A stretch of 64,000 nt of DNA. Source: Octopus vulgaris. Lineage: Eukaryota. Both the position numbers and the translations under genes were made by a program. The stretch is from assembly GCA_951406725.2 (NCBI GenBank), contig OX597835.1, forward strand, positions 27,528,001 to 27,592,000, read 5' to 3'. Positions within the stretch are counted from its first letter, which is position 1. Each line of letters opens with the position of its first letter. Of this stretch, positions 39,585-54,195 are shown one piece after another. The notes below the pieces were generated by a model. That model worked only from the letters and a program-made list of their open reading frames with translations, ran no database searches and was not told where the DNA came from.

Positions 39585-40707
39585 GTGTATGTGAGTGTGT
39601 GTATTGAATGGATAAGGATAATAGATCCAGGTACTGTTCAAGCACTCTAGAATAATCCAAATCCAACCTAACTGCAACGAATGATATGGTGTGACTTAGG
39701 ATTACTTAAGGTGAACAATCCCAATGTATTTCTCCCAGTCGGTAAATCCTGAGTTTGCTTCGTTGGATTATAACCAATTTACTGACTATAAATATCCAAG
39801 TTATTAGAATAAAGACAAGAAATCCTAAATCTACACAGTTTTTATCAAGTATCATTGTCAAGCTCTGTAGAAGTGGCAAGAAGTACATTTTGACCATGCA
39901 AAAACCTTGATCAGTTTTCATGTCAAGATATATTTTTCCTGTAGACAATTATACACTGTTTGGAAGTTCTGGATGTGAACTCTCTTCTCGTATGCTTTTG
40001 ATCAAAGTCCAACACTTTCATATCATGCAGTTCCCTTAATAGCCATTGTATTTCCACCCATTCATGTTTGTCACAGTTTTGTTTTAGTTTGCAGAATGAC
40101 AGCGCTTGTTCCCATTCAATGCGCTAGAGCACTATAACTAGACTTGGGTTGAAAATGATACAGAAATGAAGAGGGATTCTTTTGTTATATTTTGATATAA
40201 AAATCGATGGGGTAGGCCAGATAACGGTTATGTAATATGAAAGTGAAAATTTTATTATTAATTTTCACTTGGAAAAGAATATATTTTCTTCAAAAATTTT
40301 TTTGCCATAAGAAAGAAAACTTTCTCACGAATTCAATACAGCCATTGCTGAATCAGGCCACAACACAACATACTAGCAAAAAGTGAATAAAAAGGGGAAA
40401 GCTACTGGCACTTTAAAAACTGGTATATCCTAGTGAAATGAGAGTTGAATCTGAACAAATCCAAGGCTTCAAATATCAAGTCTGAGCTAGAATTTCAAGA
40501 AATGGACAAACTAATCAGTAAGTAAATATATATTTTTATGGAAAACAAATGCCCTAAATTGAGCAACGTAAGTATTCTAAATCCCAAAATTAGCATGGGG
40601 GCCATTGTATAGAGAGCATTGTATATCCAATCTTGTTGTTTTAATAAATTTTGAAGTTTTCATAAATTGTATCAGTGCTTAGAGTGCTGCCTTAAAAATG
40701 TTGTCCC

Positions 40708-40775
40708 TAGCCAGCATGGGGCTCAAACCAACAACATTCACAGTATTAGCATGACATTCTAACTGACTGTATATT
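40708..40775 (-). pseudogene. decayed tRNA-Ile(AAT)-like sequence
   Basis: Minus strand CAGTCAGTTAGAATGTCATGCTAATACTGTGAATGTTGTTGGTTTGAGCCCCATGCTGGCTA aligns by eye to eukaryotic tRNA-Ile(AAU). The 5' end is lost. Confidence 0.55.
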
Positions 40776-40831
40776 ATACATTCAGTCTGTTTAAGGGTCT
40801 CAAACTTCTAATATGTAATTTTGTTGTCCTG

Positions 40832-40935
40832 ATTCACCCTGATGAGAATTTTACTCAAAATGTTTCCAAAATATGAATCATTATAAATTAATTTGTTATT
40901 GATTTTGAGTTTGAGTTGAAACAACTGTAGGGATT
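40832..40935 (+). ncRNA. type-I hammerhead-like motif with extended stem II
   Basis: cc CTGATGA (40839-45), then GAATTTTACTCAAAAT...ATTTTGAGTTTGAGTT pairing in register with 3 mismatches, then GAAAC aact GTA gg. Stem I is eroded. Confidence 0.5.
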
Positions 40936-40997
40936 ATTACTATTATGTTAATAAATTAACATATGTTAGTTTGAACTTCCTATTTACCTTTTATCAT

Positions 40998-41032
<35 letters not shown>

Positions 41033-42974
41033 CATATACACACATGGAAATTAAATAATAGTTACATATGTGCACACACACATGCAAGTGTACACATATA
41101 CACACTTTTACATATATATTAACTTGTGTTTTTGTATAATTACATATTTGTTTAGTTTTATGTCAGCCTTTGTCAAACAGACCTCTGATAAAAAGCATTC
41201 CAACCATCCCTGTTTTTCCTTCAGATACAATGTAGTGAGAACAACATTATCCAATGTGTCCTGCACTTTTTAATACCATATGGTATTATTTATGGAAAAT
41301 TTAGCTGCTCCTTGCAAACTAAATGAATTCTCATGCTGAGGGAGGGCTTGGATCGTTTTATACATTAAACTAAATATATAAATTGTTTCAAATTTGAGCT
41401 GTGCAAAAAAAAAAAAAGATTTGGTAATACTAGAAATGCCAGCTAAGTGAATAAATGGAATTTAATTTACATAAACATATTTTTAGCGTTAAGATAAAAC
41501 AAATTAATTTCCAAAAATATCATCATTTTAATGTCCATTTTGTCATGCTAGTACAGGTCAGCCCTGATTTGCTGGAGCAGATTTTTTTTATAGGCGGATG
41601 AGTTTTCCCATTGCCAAACCTTAACAGTTTTTAAATCAGCTAAAATTTTCCCTTGGTGAGAGACATTTTCACCAAAGATTGGTAATGAACAACACTGCTG
41701 TATGAGAGTGACAACTGTCAACTGTTATCAAGACAAGCGGACGCAAACACACACATACATGTGTGTCTGTATCATCATCATCATTGTTTAATGTCCGCTT
41801 TCCATGCTAGCATGGGTTGGACGGTTCAACTGGGGTTTGGGAAGCCAGAAGGCTGCACCAGGCCCAGTCTGATCTGGCAATGATTCTATGGCTGGATGCC
41901 CTTCCTAACACCAACCACTCCGTGAGTGTAGTGGCTGCTTTTTATGTGCCACCAGCACGGGAACCAGGCGAGGCTGGCAACGGCCACGATCGAATGGTGC
42001 TTTTTACGTGCCAGTATACATGAATGTAAATGGCCTTATTTCAGTGTTCAGCTTGCAAATCCACTCACAAGGCTTTGGTTGGCCTGGGGTTAAAATTGCT
42101 TTAAGATACATGGCACATTTTATAAATATGCCTGTTCAAGTATCATAGCAGCATGAAACTATCAGTAGCTCTTTTGGTTGTGCATTTAATTTGATATGTG
42201 CATGTGATGGACTTGTTTCAGTTTCCGTCTACCAACTCCACTCAGAAGGCTTTCGATGGCCCGAAGCTATAGTAACACATGCTAATTCATAAATACAATA
42301 GGATTCTGTACTTTTCCTCCTTCTAAATCCACTTACAAGGACTATGCTAACCCAGGATTATAGTAGAAGTCACTTACTTAAGGTACCATGCAGTGGGGTT
42401 GAACTAAGACCCATGTGATTGCAAAGTAAACTTCTTAAACAAGCAGCCATGCCTGTGCTTACCAGAAACAGAACTTGAATGTTTCTTCCATAAAATTATG
42501 ATGAAAGAATTCAATTTAAATACTGATACACTTAACAACAGTTACTTCAAAATCATAGCGTCAGAGTTGGTCGAAGCTGATTTGGCATCATGGCATCAGA
42601 GTTAGTCTAAGGTGTTTGGCATCAAGAGAGTTCTATGTCTGCATGTAGTCTTAACTCATTAGCATTTAAACTGGCCTTAACCAACCTAAAAATTATGTGT
42701 TTTATGTTCAAATCAACCAGATCTGGTCTCTCACATCTACATAACAATGTCATTCTAAATACAAATTCTCACATCATCGAATTCCCAAAGCTATGAGACA
42801 GAGCCATGGTATATTCAAATAAATAAGCATTACATTTGACAGAGCAATCTGAATACTAAGAGGTTAAAGATGGACACTCATTTACAAAGGGAAAATTTAC
42901 TCTTACAGGACTTCACGTCTTTTTGGTACTATGTTATCAAAATTGGTATTAATATTATTAATAATGTATTAATA

Positions 42975-43315
42975 TGTGAAAGTGCATGGCTCAGTGGTTA
43001 GAGTGCTGGGCTCACAATCATGACGTAGTGAGTTCAATTCCTGGACCAGGCTGTGCGATGTAATCTTGAGCAAGACACTTTATTTCATGCTGCTCTATTT
43101 CACTCAGCTGTAGAAATGGGTTGTGATGTCACTGGTGCCAAGCTGTATCGTTCTTTGCCTTTCCCTTGGATAAATAACATCGATGGCATGCAAAGAAGAG
43201 GCTGGTATGTATGAGTGACTACTGGTTATCCATAAACTACCTTGCCTGCACTTGTGCCTCAGAAGGGAACTTTCATGGTCCTTCATGACGGAAGGGGGTC
43301 TTTACCCTTTTTATG
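42975..43315 (+). mobile_element. tRNA-derived SINE (fifth family); second copy ~29415-29790(-)
   Basis: A box TGGCTCAGTGG, B box GAGTTCAATTCC, core cttgagcaagacactttatttcatg shared with the 29.6-kb copy. Confidence 0.8.
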
Positions 43316-43757
43316 TATTAATAAAACATTACAACAAAGAATCCCAATACCACAACTTCAGATATTAAGTCCTTATTCTTGTTAGGTTTAAACAGCCAAG
43401 ATTATTTCCTGGTTAAGTTTTAAAGAAAACAAATTTAAATTACAAGGCATGTATTTAGTTAAATATGAGTACTGCAGTTAAATAAAAATGGGCATCAGCA
43501 AAAAAATTAGTTGTGCAATTACAGAAAAAAATATATGTAAAGATGCAATATATGTTAAGATGAAAAGAATAAAGAAAATTTGATTACAGTTTTGGTAAGT
43601 GCACAAGAGAATTAGAGGCAAAAATAAACAACGAAAACACTATATGGTCAAAGACCATTCCATGTTAAAAAAGAGGAAAAAAAAAGTGCTTAGCTATATA
43701 TATATAATAAGAAGAATTAAAAAAATTGCATGTATGGAAAGGAGTAATTATAAATAC

Positions 43758-43766
43758 CTTCATGAC
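43758..43766 (-). CDS. unc-13: 9-nt microexon GTC ATG AAG (VMK), phase 0-0
   Basis: Minus strand reads atttttatctttcatttttaccag|GTCATGAAG|gtattt. It preserves frame and lies upstream of the TMVAS exon. It parallels the recalled optional VLK in insect Unc13 (IPLVSEL-VLK-TMAATK). Confidence 0.75.
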
Positions 43767-43987
43767 CTGGTAAAAATGAAAGATAAAAATATTGTAATAT
43801 GTAATCTTGATAACGACTCAGATAATTAGGAATTGGAACAACAAAATCTTATATAATTTTTTAGTTAAGTTTTGATATTACTTTTTTCTTTTGCAACTAT
43901 TATAAATATACGTGTGTGAGTATGCATGTATATATATATATATACATACACTTGTAAATGTGTGTATATATATATATACACTTGTAA

Positions 43988-44028
<41 letters not shown>

Positions 44029-44799
44029 CACACATACATAAATATATATACACACACATATATAAATATAGGATTCATGCAACTGAATGATAAAAAAACA
44101 TTAAAATGTTTAAAAATATTAAATGCATAGATGAAGAGAATTATGAAAATTGACGCTTTTTATAACAACCTTCAGAAAAAAGGTTCAATACACATAAAAG
44201 ACACACTCATACATGTACAATTGGATGAGTGTGTGTGTGTGTAAATATATGTATTCATATATGCATCAATATATATATATATATATATACATATATATCT
44301 ACATTTAAGCATGTACACATATATGTTTGGGTCTATATGACTATATATTTGCACATATACGTGTGTTTGTGTACAAATACAGCTGTCTGTATAACTATAA
44401 CTATATATATATATATATACACACATACATGCAAACATGTATAATTATTTGTATGCATATGTTTATATATCTCTATATACATACACACATATATGTGTTT
44501 ATGTGTGCGAGTGCGTGTGTGCATGTGTGTATATGTATATATTTATATATGTATGCACACGCACACACAGAGTCACACACATATGTCTATATCTATCGAT
44601 TTATAGAAATAAATAGATACATACAAATGCAAGAGGAATAACAATATGGAAACTTTCTAACATGTAGGCGTAAAACATGTATGGAAATATGCTAGAGAAA
44701 TAATTAAAACAATATCTGATAAAGAAGTCAAAAGGATATATAGTGTAATATAGACATTTTTAAATATGATAATAATATATATTGCGATGCATACAAATA

Positions 44800-45841
<1,042 letters not shown>

Positions 45842-45921
45842 ACAATACAATATATGTCTCCATAAATACATAGATGCACACCGACACACGTCACACAGAT
45901 TTGCACACTTACACTTTGACG

Positions 45922-45967
<46 letters not shown>

Positions 45968-46111
45968 TGCATGTTTGTGTCCTGGTATTTCTCATGCACA
46001 CTTCAAGTTCACATTAGATATTTTTCATTGAGTTTTTCTTTTTAATTAGCAGAAAAAAAAATTCCACAAGACTTTAAAATACAGATCATGTATCATTGTA
46101 CCATCAATGAA

Positions 46112-46150
<39 letters not shown>

Positions 46151-46802
46151 CATATATACACACATAAATATATATATATCTATATAACTATATATATATA
46201 TAATTCCACAACCTTGTATAGATTACTATCATGTAATGAAAACAGTCTAAATATCTGAAAAGCTACATAATGAGGTTCATATATATCTAAAAAAGACGAA
46301 CAAAAAAAATTTAACTATAATCTATGGAAAACTAATGTAATAAAATAAATATCTCAATTAACAGAAATAAAGTCAGTGAGTACAGAATACTGAAAATTAT
46401 ATATATATATTTATTTATTTATAAATATATGTAACTATTTTTTTTTTACTCTCAAAAATTGGAATCTAAACTTGAGAAAACAAAATTTGGGTTATTTTAT
46501 GAAATCTAAATAAAATAGAAGGGCTAAAACTGCCTAAAAAGAATTTATGCAAGCAAAGCAACAGCGCTAGTCATGACCAGACTATAAGAGAAGAAAATAT
46601 ACCCACCATTATAAGTATTTAAAAAATATATATATATATAATAGACATAAAATAAGAAATAGCTAGAAATGATCAGCAATATAAATATATATATATGCAT
46701 ATATATATATATATTTATACATACTTGTATATATATGTATATATATACACACACACATATATATATATATTTATACATACTTGTATATATATGTATATAT
46801 AT

Positions 46803-46836
<34 letters not shown>

Positions 46837-46884
46837 TGTATATATATATACTTATACATACATATATATATATGTATGTTTGTG

Positions 46885-46919
<35 letters not shown>

Positions 46920-47157
46920 TTGTATATATATACTTATACATACATATATTTATATATATATAGATATATATAATATATATATTCGCATATTTATAGGTAT
47001 ATATATATACATATATACTTGTGCATATATAGATATATATATATATGTATATATGTGTGTGTATATATATATGTATGTGTGTGTGTATATATATATATAT
47101 GTATGTATGTGTGTGTATGTATGTATGTATGTGTGTATATATATATATGTATGTATG

Positions 47158-47200
<43 letters not shown>

Positions 47201-47465
47201 GTGTGTGTGCATGTATGTGCATATGTGTGTATGGTTGATATCACTGTCCCATGATCAGTAGCAGATGAATGAAATTTAATTAATCAAATGTTTATTGTGT
47301 ATGAAAAGTGAATCATTTAAATAATTGAATAACACCGTTTTTTCCCCTTTTTACTTCTGTATAATACATGCTTGAAATGAATATAGGTGTTAGCTTGGAT
47401 TCAGCATTAAATACGACAGCTATATTTGCTAAAAGTCAAACACACAGGTTAAGTATCATATTTCT

Positions 47466-47502
<37 letters not shown>

Positions 47503-47576
47503 TATAAAAATACACGCACGCATATATTTATATACAGACCATGTTTTAACTTTATTCAACTGATACACACACAAAT

Positions 47577-47621
<45 letters not shown>

Positions 47622-47714
47622 CACAAACATGCATATACACATACTAGATGTATTTGCATAAATATATATACATATATTTAGGTATATATACATAAATGCA
47701 TATATATGTATATA

Positions 47715-47764
<50 letters not shown>

Positions 47765-47899
47765 CACAAACATGCATATACACATACTAGATGTATTTGC
47801 ATAAATATATATACATAAATGCATATATATGTATATATAAACACACACACACACACACACATATGTGCATGCAAGAAACTCTAGAGGAGAGCTTGGTTA

Positions 47900-49010
47900 A
47901 GAATCTAATTCTTCATGTTCTACAGATCTAGTTGCTTCAAAATATTACAGTAGAACTCTCGATCGACAGTGTGGCCATGGGAGATGAATTCTTGATGGAC
48001 AATACCACATTTCCACGGGTGATGCTCATAGCAGGTCTTCCAGGTTGTTCATCATCTTCCAGGGGTGTTCTTCTGCTTTTGAAATGCCTGTGCCACTCAA
48101 AACATTGCGTATGATCCATTGCCTCATCATCATCATCATCATCATTGTTTGACCGTGGTTGAGACAATGGAATTTACTATGTTACACCAGACTTCACGGT
48201 CCATCATAGCATTACGAAGGTCCTGTTGCTAGATGCCTATATCCCTGGAGATTATATCAGAGTAAGAGAGTGTGCGCCCTCTGGTATCGTGAGTAGATGG
48301 CTTCTAGAGGAGAAGAGTAGAAATTACCTAGTTTTCAGCTCTACAGCAATGTCCAGCAAACTGGACTCTCCTACCTTTCACAAGAGATGATACAAGTGGT
48401 AGTTTCCCATATATTTGTACTTTGGTTGGATGACACTTCCACGAGAGATTTTGAGCTCTCATAAGGAGGCGAGTGTAGGTTCCATCCAACTGCCTCTCAA
48501 GCTTCTTTGATAATGTCCAGATTTCTGAGCCGCATAGTAGAATTGGTTTGACTGTGGCTTTGAAGATTTTAAGTTTGAAGTCTCTACTTAGATTTGATGA
48601 CCAGATCTTATGCATGTCATTACAGGCTGGCCAGGCCATACCCTTTCTAGTTAGAAAATCTTTTTCAGATGATGATATGTATGACCCAAGATATTTGTAA
48701 TCAGAAGCTATATTGCTTCATCCCCGTAAGCTTGCAGAAGCATGCTCAATGTCTCTGTAGCAGACTTCCCAAGTTTAACACAAAATTTCACATTGGCTTT
48801 TTGTTCCTGCCCATGACCAAATCACAGACTACAGCACACACGTGATAACAAAAACACAAATTTCACAACTTGCAAAGTAAACACAGCGATGTCACTCAGT
48901 ACACTGCCTGATGGAGGTCACTGCTAGCTCTCACTGCACACACAACCATTTGCTGCCATCTGTTGGTATGCAACAGAACTAGTCTAGGAAAGTTTTGATA
49001 CTACTTCACA
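47900..49010 (-). mobile_element. mariner transposase relic (N-terminal HTH region) interrupted by an RTE LINE fragment
   Basis: EQKANVKFCVKLGKSATETLSMLLQAYGDEA (48712-48805) continues as DEAMDHTQCFEWHRHFKSRRTPLEDDEQPGRP below 48128. Outer boundaries approximate. Confidence 0.85.
48124..48705 (-). mobile_element. 5'-truncated RTE-clade LINE 3' end
   Basis: YKYLGSYISSSEKDFLTRKGMAWPACNDMHKIWSSNLSRDFKLKIFKATVKPILLCGSEIWTL; (GAT)n tail; imperfect TSD attgcctcatc / attgcttcatc. Confidence 0.9.
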
Positions 49011-51449
49011 GTATAAGTACTACTAGTGATTTCACATTCTGGCACAAGGCCAATCATTTTTTTGGGGGTGGTGGGTAAGTCAATTACATTAACCCCAATG
49101 TTCAACTAGTATTTATTTTACTGACCTCGAAAGGGTGAAAGTAAAGTCGACCTCAGTAGAGCTTGAACTCAGAATGTGAAAACAGACAACGTGCTGCTAA
49201 GCCTTTGCCTGGCGTGTTAATGATTCCACCAGCTCACCGCTCTAATACTACTACTAATATTGGTCACAAATTCTGGCACAAGGATAGCAATTTTGGGGAA
49301 GGGGATAAATCAGTTACATCGACCCCAGTGCGTAACTGGTACTTATTTTATTGACCCTGAAAGGATGAAAGGCAAAGTTGACCTCTGTGGAATTTGAACT
49401 CAACAAAAAGGAAGACATAAGGGCATTTTGTTCGATATGCTAGCAATTCTGCCAGCTCATCACCCTAATACTACTACTACTACTAACATTAATAAAATGA
49501 CTGAATCAATCAGATTAACCATCCCTGTACAGAGGCTGACCTGGCTGCTTTATCAAAGAAAATCAATAAACAGCTGAGCAGAAGTGACACTGCAGATAAG
49601 TCACATCATCAATTATGAATTAAAGTAATTATCCTTCATGTGCATGTGTGTATGTGGGAAATCTTTTTTTACCTCATAGTTAGAGAGAAAAGGGCAGCAC
49701 CTTGATCCTATACGCTTCAAGGTCTCTAAGACTGACAGCAACAAGATGTGCTCATGTTGGAGATTGTATTGAACAATGCCATTCTTGATATGCAAACAAT
49801 AAGGGGTTGTTACAAGCGGAACAATTTCCATTATAGTTTTGTTTAACTATGAATGATCTGGGAATTTACGACAACAAAATTTACTTTGAGCTAATGAGGG
49901 AAGGTCTCTCCATGGATATATATGGCCAACCAGCTTCAAATCATGGTCCTTATTACCCTCATCATCGTTGTTTAATACCCATTTTCTAAGCTGGCATGGG
50001 TTGAATAGTTCAATCGGAACTGACAAACGAGAGAACTATGCCAAATTCATGTCTGCTTTGGCAGAGTTTCTACAGCTGGATGACCTTTAGATAGCTTAGT
50101 GGGTGCTTTCCTTGTGGCACTGGCACTCTTGAGGTCGCCAAGTACTTGCAAGACAAGAGGCTTCATCTGAGTGGGATATAGTACTGAAGGAGGTTGAAGT
50201 ATAACATAGCAGCCAAATCTCTCTCAATTTATACCCTGCTAAAGACTTGGCCCAAATGATTGCAATAGAGTTGATTCAGGTAAAACCACCCAAGGGCCAG
50301 GTAGTGGTGTTAACCCTTTAGCATTTAAACCAGCCATATCCAGTCCAACTATTCCACCTGTTTTTATGTACAAACTGGTCAGATCCAGCCTCTCACACCT
50401 ACCCTGGAATGTAATTCTAAAAGTAAACAATCACAACTTTGAAATCTCAAAGCCACAAGATAATACATGATTAATTTTAAAAAATGTAAATAAATAATCA
50501 TTACATTTGACAGAGTAATCTAAATACTGGTTAAATCAGGTGACAGAGAAAGTCTAACATCCAAGAACACAGAATGCAAATATTGGAAACAAACACCACA
50601 AGGTATCTATGTCCACCACTCTGGATCAGTTCTTTGCTTATTAAACCTGAAGGAATGGAAAGTGAAACTAACCTAAGAGAAGGGCTCAGAGTACAGAAAA
50701 CTGGAACAAGGACCACAAGATATTTTGTTCTATGCCTAGCCTGTAGGTCCCTACTGAGTTTGAGAAAGTCATGAACATCACACAATCTCAACTTTTCACT
50801 CTAAAAGAATTCTAAGATCTCACACTAGATACCTATGTAATAAATCAATGTAAATGGTTGAACTTCACCAATTTGAAAATTAATTGATAATTAGAATTAA
50901 TTCAGCTCGAACTAATTACAAGTTAAGTAGAAAGCAACTAAAATAACAGAAATAATCCACAATGAAATTAAGTAAATTTCACTTTGAATTTTACATATTT
51001 TAAAGAGAATCACAATATGATAAAGAAATTTACTTCAAAACCTTTATTAATTTTTTTTTTATATGAAAGAAAAATAATAATTAAATAATACGAGTAATGT
51101 CTGTTTAACTGTTCTTGTAGAATGTCTAAAGATAAATACAAACTATTTTTGATTTAAAGTGAAAGAGACAGTGAGAGTTAGAGAGAGAAGCAGACAGACA
51201 GAGAGATTAGAAATTCACACAGATTAATTTGAAATAATAGAAATAGATAAAATTTAAAAAAAATTAAAATTATGTTATATGCATCTAATTGTTGCAGACT
51301 AAGTACAGTAAACTGAAATTGAATTCTAGAATAAACAGACTATGCATTATTTAATTAAAACTAGATAAACAAAATTATATAATTATATGGTAGTTGTAAA
51401 TTGCTATATTAAATGTATTTATTGAAAATAAAGGATCACACATACATAC

Positions 51450-51586
51450 ACCCACATTACAATGGAGAGCAATTGTTGACCGTTTCGAAGGAAATTCTGC
51501 AGACATACTCTTTAATGAACCGTTTCTGTTTGAGAAATCTTGCGTAAAATTGGACTGTTTGTCTTGTAATGTAGTTTTGGAATGTT
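51450..51586 (-). CDS. candidate alternative upstream unc-13 exon (137 nt, phase 1-0): HSKTTLQDKQSNFTQDFSNRNGSLKSMSAEFPSKRSTIALHCNVG
   Basis: Acceptor ttattctctattag|, donor |gtatgt, stop-free frame. Coding-like island in repeat-free AT-rich DNA. Ends in phase 0, as needed to join the VMK or TMVAS exons. No recognised homology. Confidence 0.45.
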
Positions 51587-52290
51587 CTAATAGAGAATAA
51601 TTAAGTCTAAAGATAGAATGACGAACATCTGATTTTGAATGTGAAATAATGATAAATATTAAATAATAGTAAAAAGAAAAAAATTTGATTTTTTAATATT
51701 TTGGTAGGAATTAACTAAATACAAAACTTCAAAGAAAACTATTTGATTAATGAATTAGTTCCCCTATTTAATGACTGACTATTAATTAAAGTAATGAAAG
51801 CATTTGGCAATCCTTCCAAATTAATAAAGACAAAAACCAATTCCAAAACAAGAAGCAATTCCTACCAAAACTAACAATTAAGTTAGCTGTTACAATTTAG
51901 CTCCAGACCAACTCTGAAGGAGTTGACCTATGATCAAAGATTATTATAAAAAGTCCTTTTCCTTAGGATGTGATTTGAGGCAGATTGGCTGGTGTTTCTA
52001 GTAGGTCAAGGAGCTACTGCATGTTGCCACGGTGTTCCTCATAACAATTTTTAATTAGTTGACTAAGTTGGTGGTTAAATGTAGAAGATGCATCAGCATT
52101 ATTATCACCATTGTGATAAATGCTAGGATAGCTCTACATTTCAAGACCCTTACAAGTCATATCAGAATAGAAAGATGTGAAAAAAAATCTATCTAATGAT
52201 ACTTGTACATGCAATCAGTAAAAGCATGGGTATTGTAGAATTTAGTATCGAGTACAATAAAGTTATCAAAAAATTAATTATATTCTAAAA

Positions 52291-52506
52291 TACAAGTGGG
52301 TGTTGAAAAGTTCCTGGCTTTAAGGGTATTGTGAAAAGCCTGGTTGGAGGCCCAACCTTCTGAGTTCCTTTACAGGGCTTAGAAAAACTGAAGGACTGCT
52401 GCAATAAGTGTGTGAATCTGAGAGAGGAATATGTTAAATAAAATCACAATTAACTGATCCTCTTGTATTTTCTTTTACCCAAAGCTAGGAACTTTTCAGC
52501 ACCCCT

Positions 52507-52510
<4 letters not shown>
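52291..52510 (+). mobile_element. mariner-derived MITE, copy 1
   Basis: TA-flanked TIRs CAAGTGGGTGTTGAAAAGTTCCTGGCTTT / AAAGCTAGGAACTTTTCAGCACCCCTTG. Internal relic KLKDCCNKCVNLRGEYVK*-like, resembling the mariner C-terminus. Confidence 0.88.
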
Positions 52511-52551
<41 letters not shown>

Positions 52552-52731
52552 TGGCTTTGGGTAAAAGAAAATACAGGAGGATCAGTTAATTATGATTTTC
52601 GTCAACATATTCCTCTCTCAGATTCACACACTTATTGCAGCAGTCCTTCAGTTTTTCTAAGCCCTGTAAAAGAATGCAAAAGGCCTTTCATGATACCCTT
52701 AAAGCCAGAAACTTTTCAGCACCCTTTTGTA
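52552..52731 (-). mobile_element. mariner-derived MITE, copy 2 (inverted, one TIR truncated)
   Basis: Reverse complement of copy 1, separated from it by about (TA)20. Confidence 0.88.
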
Positions 52732-53710
52732 TATATTAATGTAAACTTTACAGAGAAAAATAATCCTTTCTGTGATAGGCATGACACCAGAAATTTTGTG
52801 GGAGAGGGCAATTCAAGTGCATCAACCCCAGTGCATAACTGGTACTTATTTTATCAACCTCAAAAGGTGAAAAGCACAGTTGACCTTGGCAGAATTTGAA
52901 CTTAAAATGTAAAACTAGAAGAAACACTGCTGAAGATTTTGTTTAATATGCTAATGACTCTGCTAGCAAGTCAACATTTAAGGGGGAAAAAAATAACAAA
53001 AAGTAAATCATGTATGAATTAAGTGATAACATTTCCAACCGACAGTGATATTATAGATTCTAGACAGGAAATTTTGAGAGAGAACAGAAACAAAACCATA
53101 AACGCTAAGCCTGTCTGTCTCTGTCTGTCTTGTATGTCTCAAATCACAGCTTGTAATGTTGAATATCACTATTATTGAAAAATAAATCATGGCATAAACA
53201 TTGTAGATATTTCAAAGGATTACAAAACGAGACAAAAACATACATTTTTCAAATTCTAAACTTATGTTCTATGCGATTCAAACTTTAAGAAAATTAAGAA
53301 AAATATTTAAAACAGATCGCACAAGAGAATGTTTGGAAATATAGATTCTAAATCTTTTAAAAGTATAACTATCTTTTCTTTGACGTTTCTGTAAGTATTT
53401 TTTTTCCTTTCAGAATTCTTTCCAATCCATGGCAATGAATTCAACACTGACGTTAGATTTCAGGAAGAGAGGAAACAATATCGAAATATAAAACTAAAGA
53501 GAAACCAAGACACGGTTTGCTAGATACTGAACGATATATTATATTCTTGCTTCATTGTATTTGTATGAATAGATATATACGCAAGCATGCACACAACGAC
53601 ATACACACACAAACAAACACATGTTTATCAGTATAGATACACATATACATACATATCTGTACATAAATATATATTTATATATATTTCTGTATACAAATAT
53701 ATATAGAAAA

Positions 53711-53771
<61 letters not shown>

Positions 53772-53784
53772 TATATATATACTC

Positions 53785-53819
<35 letters not shown>

Positions 53820-54195
53820 TATACACATGTATATATAAATATATATATATACATTTATATACATATATATATATACATACATACACACACATACACATAT
53901 ATATATAGGTTGAAGATACAGAGTCACTCTCAAGCAACTCAATCATCATTGAATGACATTATCCACGATAGGTACACATAGAATTAAATCGTAAAATTAT
54001 CAAAATTAATACCTTCAATTCTTAATCTAAATCATATACTTTACATAATATATACTACGCACGTTTCATGACAATATATTCCACAATATTGCTGAAATAG
54101 AGGTCTCAAAATACAATACCATATTAAAACGATTATATTGCCAATCTTCAGGTCTAGATTATATGAACTTATTTTGCTATTTACATCCTATATAA

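Noticed and set aside
46545-46581. Good minus-strand acceptor (ttttcttctcttatag) followed by [12 protein letters not shown]
   Set aside because: Phase-0 reading stops after four codons and there is no convincing donor; cannot be supported without RNA data.
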